A stretch of 64,000 bases of DNA from Anaerolineae bacterium (lineage in GTDB: Bacteria; Chloroflexota; Anaerolineae; UBA1429), in the NCBI GenBank assembly GCA_963675785.1, contig OY776562.1, positions 1,504,001 through 1,568,000 of the forward strand, in the 5' to 3' direction. Each line of letters begins with the position of its first letter. Positions within the stretch are counted from its first letter, which is position 1. The notes beneath the pieces were generated by a model. That model was not told where the DNA came from and did no database searches. It saw only the letters and a list, made by a program, of their open reading frames with translations. Made by a program: the position numbers and the translations under genes. Positions 29,614-37,071 of this stretch are shown here, piece by piece.

Positions 29614-32097
29614 CTAATCAGATGATTCGGATGTAGCAGGTGGGGGAAAAAATGCGTCGCCACAAATGCAGTAGAGCCGATTTTTGTCAGAGTTAAACTT
29701 CAAAAGTTTTCCGCACGAACAACAGCAGAAAAGCTTGGTAAATTCGATAAAATTTTCCCAAACGTACTTCACATCACCAATGGCTGGCCACGCGTAAGGA
29801 TTGGCTTGATAGTGGCTGTAGTAATTTATGATCGAAACAGCCGACAGCCGTTTATATGCGTTTGAAGTAAATACAATATCCTTGAATCTAGGATTCAGAG
29901 TCTTTACCCGTGTAAGAAATGGTTCCCAATAGTCAAAGAGAGTACGCTGATAGTCGTGAGGCCCTCTTTTATGAGGGGTATATGCATCGTACTTCGCACA
30001 CATTTCGTCAAACCAATCTTCCATATACTGTCGAACTGCATTTCCAGCGATCTGTGAGTCCCCATCGTTTATAAGCCTAGAGATCTCATCACAGGTAACA
30101 ATCTCGGACTCCCTCCTTGGGCCCAGATCGAACTCATAACCTGTAATCCTGTCGAAACGCCAGTTTTCGCTCTGGAGTCTTTGTTTCAAATGTGTGAAGA
30201 ATCTTTCATCGTGAGTAGTGAGAAAAATCTGGAATCCCTGCATATACTCGGCTAACAGATCTACGATTCGGGCTCTGTTATCGGCATCGTATGAAGACAC
30301 GATGTCATCCAGAACGAGAAATGGAAAAGTCTTGTTGAACCGGCGCACAGCACTAAGGAAGAGAGCCAAACCAAGCGTGTTAATCTGGGATTCACTTAGG
30401 TATCCGGCTGGTGGAACAACACGATCATCGGAATGGAAGCTCACTCGAAAAGTCAGATCCCTTTTTGCCGCATCTATCCCAATATGAACATGAGGAACTG
30501 CTTCATCCGGATATATTTGCTTATATATGTATTCCACCTCACTCCTGAGTAGCGCCACAGCATCTTCCGTAAGTGCTTTCGCCTGCGTACGTATTTCGTC
30601 GGCGACTTGTCCAAACTGTTGTTCCACTTCCCTGACTGCCGCTTCACGTCTTTGTAGTGTTTCAATCTTTTGAATCGCTTCATTCAGAGCCTGTAGGTTG
30701 GCGATTGAGGTACCAATCGGCAAAGTAACTTGAGAAGCCACCTCTTCAGGCATGCTATCCAACGCTTGCGGTATCTGTGTATGCACAAACTGATCACAGG
30801 AAGAGTAGAAGTTAGTGAATTGCGAAGTCAGTTCCTGCAAATTTTTGTCGCTCTTCATCATCTGTTCACAAGTAGTATGAAGCTGTGAAGCTTGACTGAC
30901 AACCTGAGGGAGCGAAAGAGTTTCAGCCAATTGATTGACCTGTAGTAGCCCACTGTCAAGAGCTGTAAGTGTATCTTGCAAGTTTTTCCGTTCCGTCAAG
31001 CATCGTTTACTGACAGCCTCGAATTCAGCCAATTCGTCCAAGCTAACGGAAAGAGCAACGCAAGCATCATCAAGTGAGCCTACTTTAGTTTTCTCCCAAG
31101 GAGTCTGACACACAGGACAAACCTTAGGCTTTTCAGAATTCAACAAGTCTTGGGCAGCTTGCCAGACTTCCCGAAACACGCTTTGACTCGCTTCGCTTTG
31201 GGCCTGGTCTCTATCCTGTTCAGCCTTTAGACTTTGAGAAAATGTGGATTCAAGCTTGCGAATAATACTAGGGAGTGCGCCAGCTTTTTCCCCTAGTTGT
31301 CTCTTTGTTTGAACAGCCCTAGCACCCTTAGATTGCTGAACGATCTCTTCTCGGCGCTTATTTAGCAACTCGATCAGTTCAGGAATTGTCTTCGCCACAT
31401 CCTGAGGCGTAAATTTCTCTAGATGCTTTTCAGCTTCTGCCGTGCACCAGTTGAGAATTCCCTGCAAGTCAAAGGTCGAGACAGCTTCCAAAGTATGAGA
31501 ACGGATGCTATCTAGATGCTCTGAAATCTCCCGATCTAATCCTGCGTTTTTTAGCGTGTTTTGCGTTGTTTTCAGATGTGTAAGTATGTTATCAATATCC
31601 TCTATACCTATCCATTGAGAAAACTCGCTGAACTTCTCGCTGGGTGACATATCCACAACAAAATGGCGAAGGTCATGTTGACGTAAGATATTGTAGGCAG
31701 GAGCTTGCGCTAGGACTGTATCAATCTCTCCCGGTCTAGGATCAACCCTACCCGTTTGAATAGGACGTTTTGCGAATAGTCTGTCTCGGGTTTCCGTATT
31801 AATGAATTCGATAGATACCTCTGGAGCTATGCCCTTTTCTTCTGCCAACACGTGAGGGATTGCATGTTTTCCACCAAGTTCACTGTCCGCCCCTCCCTTT
31901 CCAAGATGCTTGACCTCGCCATCAAGCGAGAACATGTACTCAATGGCATCAGCATATCCACTTTTTCCGCATCCATTTGGACCAAAAATCGCAATTGAAA
32001 CTGGTTTCTCCTTTTTATAGCCAAGTTCAAATTCACCAGCCCTATTCAACACACCTTTTACTCCAGAGATCGAAATGGAAGAGACAATCCACGTCAT
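29614..32097 (-). CDS. Rad50/RloC-like ABC ATPase with zinc hook and C-terminal HEPN-like domain
   Basis: Walker A GPNGCGKS, coiled coil with CPVC, signature LSESQ, Walker B LVLDD, LTTHD; C-terminal NAVRQYME...INYYSH and CCSC...CIC; low GC. Confidence 0.78.
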   Translation of the reverse strand: MTWIVSSISISGVKGVLNRAGEFELGYKKEKPVSIAIFGPNGCGKSGYADAIEYMFSLDGEVKHLGKGGADSELGGKHAIPHVLAEEKGIAPEVSIEFINTETRDRLFAKRPIQTGRVDPRPGEIDTVLAQAPAYNILRQHDLRHFVVDMSPSEKFSEFSQWIGIEDIDNILTHLKTTQNTLKNAGLDREISEHLDSIRSHTLEAVSTFDLQGILNWCTAEAEKHLEKFTPQDVAKTIPELIELLNKRREEIVQQSKGARAVQTKRQLGEKAGALPSIIRKLESTFSQSLKAEQDRDQAQSEASQSVFREVWQAAQDLLNSEKPKVCPVCQTPWEKTKVGSLDDACVALSVSLDELAEFEAVSKRCLTERKNLQDTLTALDSGLLQVNQLAETLSLPQVVSQASQLHTTCEQMMKSDKNLQELTSQFTNFYSSCDQFVHTQIPQALDSMPEEVASQVTLPIGTSIANLQALNEAIQKIETLQRREAAVREVEQQFGQVADEIRTQAKALTEDAVALLRSEVEYIYKQIYPDEAVPHVHIGIDAAKRDLTFRVSFHSDDRVVPPAGYLSESQINTLGLALFLSAVRRFNKTFPFLVLDDIVSSYDADNRARIVDLLAEYMQGFQIFLTTHDERFFTHLKQRLQSENWRFDRITGYEFDLGPRRESEIVTCDEISRLINDGDSQIAGNAVRQYMEDWFDEMCAKYDAYTPHKRGPHDYQRTLFDYWEPFLTRVKTLNPRFKDIVFTSNAYKRLSAVSIINYYSHYQANPYAWPAIGDVKYVWENFIEFTKLFCCCSCGKLLKFNSDKNRLYCICGDAFFPPPATSESSD

Positions 32098-32309
32098 GAT
32101 TCGCCTCCGGTAGCTCTTTTCTCTGCTATATCAAGTAGATCCTTAGCCAGATTAGACCCAGCCTTTGAATGAATCGAAGCTGAGTCCAAATGAAGACGTG
32201 TTATCTGTACAATCTCTTGATCAAACTGATTGCTATCGACTAATGCCTCATCAAAGAGTTTCCGCAACAACTCAGATGCTTGAAATAACTCGGATGATTG
32301 CTCAGACAT
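32094..32309 (-). CDS. 71-aa protein coupled to the ABC ATPase
   Basis: RBS AAGGAGG; ATGA overlap with the ATPase start. Confidence 0.7.
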   Translation of the reverse strand: MSEQSSELFQASELLRKLFDEALVDSNQFDQEIVQITRLHLDSASIHSKAGSNLAKDLLDIAEKRATGGES

Positions 32310-32565
32310 AAGACCTCCTTGGCAAGATTCACTAGGGAATATCCCCGCTAGTCATCAAATCGTCAGATCAAAGCAATACGAAACACAACTCACCTTAGCT
32401 AAACGCCAAAACACAAAAGCCAAGTGTTCTAGTCCTCTCACACAAAAACATTATGTCTATCACTATACTCGAATCCTCTTCGATAATCAATAAAATGACT
32501 TAAGACAAATAGCCTACTCGTATAGCCACCAAACTCGCCTTCCCCAACCTCACCCACCCTCACTT

Positions 32566-32636
32566 GGAGGTACCCCATGCCCCTCACCCTGTCCGAACAC
32601 CTTGCCCGCCTGCGCGCCACCCTCGGCGATTCCCCC
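32566..32636 (+). repeat. 71-bp direct repeat (orphan copy of RBS and 5' end of gene 33917)
   Basis: Identical to 33906-33976: GGAGGTACCCCATGCCCCTCACC...GGCGATTCCCCC. Confidence 0.92.
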
Positions 32637-32638
32637 AC

Positions 32639-33646
32639 CTAATCTTTGGCCGCCAACTCTCTTTCGAGCGCAGAGATGCAGTCTGTTATCTCCTTCACCC
32701 AGTCGTCGTACCCAAGGGTTTCTGCAATCGCCAGTGCCTGCTGGTAACACTCTTGGGCCTCGGCCAAGCTGTTCAGGGTATAGTACAAGCTGCCCATGCT
32801 CACCAGTATATCCGCCTCACCCTCCAGATAGCCCACCTCGTGGGCGGTTTCTAGTGCCTGCTCATAGAGCTCCAGCGCATGATACCTCTCGGCACGATCT
32901 TCGGTGTATCTTGCGCGGTTGGTGAGCGTCATCACCTCGCTAACCCCGTCGCCCGACTCTCGGGCCAGCGTGAGCGCTTGCTCATAGATTTCCAGAGCAT
33001 CTTCCTTTGAGCTCATCCAGGCGATGTTGTTGAGTGCCATAACCTCACCTGCCGAGTCGCCGATTTCACGAGAAATCGCGAGCGATTGCTCATAGGCGTC
33101 CAGGGCCTTGTCGTACTGCAACTGATCGAGGTGCACCTGGCCAATAGTGTTGAGCAGCATCGCTTGGATCCTCGGGATGCCCAGTTCACGGATGACGTCG
33201 AGCGACTGCTCATAGAATTCCAGGGCCTTGTCATACTCTTCCTGCAAATACCACGTAGCGGCAATGTTCCAGAGCGAGTCCCCCTCGGCGTATGGGTCGT
33301 CCGCCTCGCGGGCTAGCGTCAGCGCCCGTTGGTAATAGGCCCGCGCCTTGCGGTAGCGGCCCTCCTGGTAGGCGGCATTGCCGGCGGCGGCCACATCCTC
33401 AAACGTGTCGTTCATTGTGGTTATAGCGACTGTCGTGGTGGCAAGACCATCCAGTCTTTCGCTCACCCAGGCCCGTGGCCGGGGATCTGTGGCCATTCCT
33501 ATCAGAAACAGAACCACAAGCAGGGCCGCAAAAAGAATGATCCTCCTGAAAAGCCATGATTCGTGCTGCCAGCAGTAGCGTCGCCCTGGCACGGCTCGTC
33601 TTTTACATGCGTCACCATTGCTCATCAAGAACTGGCATTGTTTCAT
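32639..33646 (-). CDS. membrane-anchored TPR protein with N-terminal C3H zinc-finger-like motif
   Basis: CQ.......GDAC.........YCWQH, TM helix, repeated ALE.YEQ.L...RE.GD TPRs. Confidence 0.8.
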   Translation of the reverse strand: MKQCQFLMSNGDACKRRAVPGRRYCWQHESWLFRRIILFAALLVVLFLIGMATDPRPRAWVSERLDGLATTTVAITTMNDTFEDVAAAGNAAYQEGRYRKARAYYQRALTLAREADDPYAEGDSLWNIAATWYLQEEYDKALEFYEQSLDVIRELGIPRIQAMLLNTIGQVHLDQLQYDKALDAYEQSLAISREIGDSAGEVMALNNIAWMSSKEDALEIYEQALTLARESGDGVSEVMTLTNRARYTEDRAERYHALELYEQALETAHEVGYLEGEADILVSMGSLYYTLNSLAEAQECYQQALAIAETLGYDDWVKEITDCISALERELAAKD

Positions 33647-33916
33647 CTTTACCTCTGGGTAATAGCAATCTACTTGTCCCGGCCATCGTTGTAGCGCCTG
33701 CTTCTCGAAATCGCATCTACAAGGGACAGGGCGAATCTGCGATGTGTCGCAATAGTTGGGCTAGAATGGCACCAAAAGGCCGATACAGGAACCGAGTAGC
33801 ATTCTAGCGTTGCCCAGGTTCATCCGCAAGCGTTCCCCTAAAAGGACACGCTTCTAGAGTAAACCATCGCACCCCACTCAACCACCATCCATCCGCCCCT
33901 CACAAGGAGGTACCCC

Positions 33917-34546
33917 ATGCCCCTCACCCTGTCCGAACACCTTGCCCGCCTGCGCGCCACCCTCGGCGATTCCCCCGCCGAACTCTGGACCGACGACCAG
34001 CTCACCGACTGCCTGCGCACCGCCCTGGCCCGCCTCGATCAGTCCCTTCCCAGCCAGCAGCAAGCCGTCCTCACCCTCATCCCCGGCACCCCCACCGTCG
34101 ATCTCTCCTCCCTCGGCCCGGACGTCCGCCCCTACGCCGTCGTCTACCCCTACGACCCCGCTTCCCCGCAAAATTTTCAAAACCGTGTCGGCTGGCACCA
34201 AATCGAGAATATACTCCATATACTCGGTATACTAACTATAGATAAAATGTTGCTTCTTTGTTACGAATGCCCCTACGCCCTCTCTGGCCTGGATGGCGCC
34301 ACCTCAACCACCCTCCCCGCCCCCTACGAAGCCGCCTTGCAGGTGGGCGCCTGCGCCCAGGCCTTCAACCTGGCCCTCATCGGGGCCGTCAACCGTGCCG
34401 CCGTCAACCGCCCCTACGCGTATTACCGTGAGGCAAAGTCCGCTGCCGAAAGCACCTTCACCCGCTGGCTCGACGCCCAGGTGCGCCAGCAGTGCCAATC
34501 CCTCAACAACACCCTCTCCTGGGAGCAAGGAGCGCACCATGGCTAA
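33917..34546 (+). CDS. phage head-tail adaptor-like protein
   Basis: RBS AAGGAGG; LARLRATLGD....WTDDQL...LRTAL and TTLP..YEAAL resemble adaptor proteins; same codon style as portal and capsid genes. Confidence 0.55.
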   Translation: MPLTLSEHLARLRATLGDSPAELWTDDQLTDCLRTALARLDQSLPSQQQAVLTLIPGTPTVDLSSLGPDVRPYAVVYPYDPASPQNFQNRVGWHQIENILHILGILTIDKMLLLCYECPYALSGLDGATSTTLPAPYEAALQVGACAQAFNLALIGAVNRAAVNRPYAYYREAKSAAESTFTRWLDAQVRQQCQSLNNTLSWEQGAHHG

Positions 34547-34757
34547 AGTCGCCCGAGCCCGCATCATCAGCTACAACGAATCCACCCACCGCGCCGCCTT
34601 GCTGCTGCTGGCCAACCCCCAGGTGCGCCTGGAGGGCGTGCCCGTAGTGCGCGGCCTCACCGGCCTGGCCCCCGGCGATCATGCCGTGGCCCTCGTCTGG
34701 CCCGAGGCCAGCGCCCTGGTGTTGGCCCTCTGGGATGAGAGCGAGGTGGGCGCATGA
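34539..34757 (+). CDS. 72-aa OB-fold-like protein resembling baseplate spike N-terminal domain
   Basis: RBS AAGGAG; ARIISYN....RA.L......LEGVPV...L.PGDH.V; overlaps both neighbours. Confidence 0.5.
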   Translation: MAKVARARIISYNESTHRAALLLLANPQVRLEGVPVVRGLTGLAPGDHAVALVWPEASALVLALWDESEVGA

Positions 34758-36697
34758 GAACCCTATCACCGACCTTGCAGGCGGCGCTGGCCGCCAAGCA
34801 GCCTCGCCCGGTCGTCTCGCTGGAGGTGGAGGACCACCGCCGACGCCTGCGCCCCCTGGGCAGCGGCGCCGCCTCCTCGCTGCCCCACCACATGCTGGCC
34901 CTGGGCGGCTCCCTGCTGCGCTGCTGTCTGCAAAGCGGGGGCCTCTATTGGGCCGTGGTGGCCGATCCCGCGGAGGAGGCCAACTGGCCGCCTGTTTGGC
35001 AGCTTGCGGTCAGCGATGGCGCCATCCAAGCCGGAGATGTGGCCCTTGCCGTGGCCCCCGCCCAGCCCGACCGTTGGCTGGTGGCTTATCAACAGCTCAG
35101 CGGAGCCATCCGGGTGGCCTACACCGAGGATGCTGGCACCACCTGGGCCACCCCTTTTACCGCCGCCACCGCCGAGGTGGGTGCCAGCATCGCCCTGGCG
35201 GGCAGCCTGGCCCTCTACAACGTGGGCGGCACCCTCTATGCGCGGCCCTGCCGCAACGACCTGGGCGCCCCCATCGCCTGGAGCGGGGGTCGGGCGCTCA
35301 ACCCCGATTTGCCAGCCTTTACGGCCGTGCAGGGTTTGGCCGCTTGCCCAGAGCCCGGCACCGCCGCGGGTTACCTCTGCTTGGCCTGCCTGGACGGCGC
35401 CCTTTACGGCTTTCGCTACAACCTGGCGGCGGAGACCCTGAGCGATCTGGCTGCCCTGCTGCCCGGCGGCGATGCCCCCGCATCGGCCTTGGCCAAACGC
35501 TGCCTGCCCGCCCTGTGCATCCGCAACACAGAGGTGTATGCCACCGTGCTAGATGCCTTTGGCGACAGCGACCTGACCGCCTGGATGCAGCCGCTGCTGT
35601 TGGGCGGCGAGGTGAGCCGGTTCCCGCGGATGGCGCGCCTGGCCGCGCCGGATATGGCCTGCACCCAGGAGGAGCGGGTGGTGCCGGCGGTGCTGGCCAG
35701 CGGAGAGCGGGCGGGGTGGCTGTTCCTGGCAGATCAGGGGCGGGGGATGGTTAGCCCGGCCTACAGCGCCGAGGAGAACCGCCTGGGGGCGCTGGTGCCC
35801 AGCCAGTTGAGCCTGCAGGTGGATGAAGGGGGCTCGCGATTGAGCGTGCAGGTGCCCAACTGCGCGGGGTGGCTGACCCCGCAAGAGCTGCCAGCCTGCC
35901 AGCCCCTGGCAGAGGTGCGGGCCACCCGCGGACTGTGGACGGCCAGCGGCGCGGAGACCAGCCCACTGCCTCCCCATTACCTGACGCGCGTGGAGGTAAC
36001 GGCGGAGGTGGTGCAGCTGGAGGCAGTGGACGGTTTGGGGCTGCTGGCGCGGGTGCACCCGGCAGAGACGCTGGTGTACCAGGGGCGCACGCTGGGCCAC
36101 ATTGCAGAGGAACTGGCGGCCTTGGCGGGCCTGGAAGTGGTGGGCAGCAGTGACGCGCTAGAGATGATGGTTCCCCGCTATGCCCTGGCACCGAGCCGCT
36201 CGGCGGGTGAGGCACTGGTGGCCCTGCTGCGTGACTACGGCCTGGGCGCCCGTTGCGACACCGCTGGCCGCCTGCAGCTAATCGACCTGGGCGCGGCCAC
36301 TACCGCCAACCTGACGCTGGCAGCGGGCGACCTGCTGGATTGGCGCTGGTCCACCACCCTGCCAGAGGCCAACACGGTGCGGGTGCTGGGCGGCGAAGGC
36401 GACGGCCTGCTGTGGAGCGCGGGCACGGGCGCGGGGCTGAACAGCGGCCTGCTGCTGCCGCAGGTGCTCACCGATGAGACGCTGTGCAGCGAGGCGCAGG
36501 TGCGGGCCAGGGCCGAGGCCCTGTGGCAGGCGGCGCAAGCCAGCACTGGCGGTGCAGAGGTGGTGCTGCGCCTGCACCCCGCCCTAGAGTGGGGCGACGC
36601 GGTAAGTGTGAGGGGCGTGGTGCGGCGGGTGCAAGGGCTGAGGGAGAGGTGGGTGGCAGGAAAGAGGGTGTGGCAGAGTGTGCTGGTGTTGGGGTAG
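34754..36697 (+). CDS. phage baseplate hub/tail-like protein with Asp-box N-terminal region
   Basis: MRTLSPTLQAAL start, Asp box YTEDAGTTW; C-terminal EAVDGLGLL...TLGHI..EL...AGL, A..RAEA, HPALEWGDAV typical of hub proteins. Confidence 0.6.
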   Translation: MRTLSPTLQAALAAKQPRPVVSLEVEDHRRRLRPLGSGAASSLPHHMLALGGSLLRCCLQSGGLYWAVVADPAEEANWPPVWQLAVSDGAIQAGDVALAVAPAQPDRWLVAYQQLSGAIRVAYTEDAGTTWATPFTAATAEVGASIALAGSLALYNVGGTLYARPCRNDLGAPIAWSGGRALNPDLPAFTAVQGLAACPEPGTAAGYLCLACLDGALYGFRYNLAAETLSDLAALLPGGDAPASALAKRCLPALCIRNTEVYATVLDAFGDSDLTAWMQPLLLGGEVSRFPRMARLAAPDMACTQEERVVPAVLASGERAGWLFLADQGRGMVSPAYSAEENRLGALVPSQLSLQVDEGGSRLSVQVPNCAGWLTPQELPACQPLAEVRATRGLWTASGAETSPLPPHYLTRVEVTAEVVQLEAVDGLGLLARVHPAETLVYQGRTLGHIAEELAALAGLEVVGSSDALEMMVPRYALAPSRSAGEALVALLRDYGLGARCDTAGRLQLIDLGAATTANLTLAAGDLLDWRWSTTLPEANTVRVLGGEGDGLLWSAGTGAGLNSGLLLPQVLTDETLCSEAQVRARAEALWQAAQASTGGAEVVLRLHPALEWGDAVSVRGVVRRVQGLRERWVAGKRVWQSVLVLG

Positions 36698-36950
36698 TGT
36701 GTTTATGCGCTTCGCCAGGGACTGGACGCCACAAGCGGCGTCTGGTGTCTCCTGGCGGGGAAGAGCGTCCTGCGGACGCCAAGCGAGGAGAAGGTCATCG
36801 CTGAACGCGTGCACCAGGCTAAATGCGAACTCTGCGAGTTCGCTTGTGAGAAAGGATGCAAGAGCAAGCTTTGCATCCTTTCTCAAAGACAAGGCCAGGC
36901 CTTGTCAGTGCTACGATTGCAAAGCCTGCTCTGCGGGCAGGCTCTAGGAG
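36697..36950 (+). repeat. long composite repeat A, copy 1
   Basis: GTGTGTTTATGCGCTTCGCCAGGGA...GCGTCC-TGC-GGACGCC...GCGAACTC-TGC-GAGTTCGC...GGGCAGGCTCTAGGAG; recurs at 39111, 42411, 44100 and inverted at 42651. Confidence 0.85.
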
Positions 36951-37071
36951 TTTGGGCGAGGAGAGAAGTGTAAGGGGCATGTTTATCGTTTCGCCAGAGA
37001 AGATTATCGCACAAGGAGAAAAAGTTAGTGCTGGCGAGAGTAAAGCGCTACTCGAACAAAACAGAGGGGCC

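Noticed and set aside
34550-35700. Chromosomal oriC
   Set aside because: No dnaA, dnaN or gyrB neighbourhood, no TTATCCACA cluster seen, and the switch lies inside a CDS; not fully excluded without the whole genome
24356-36697. Complete inducible prophage
   Set aside because: No integrase, att-tRNA, repressor, terminase, replication, tail tube, tape measure or lysin genes recognisable in the window
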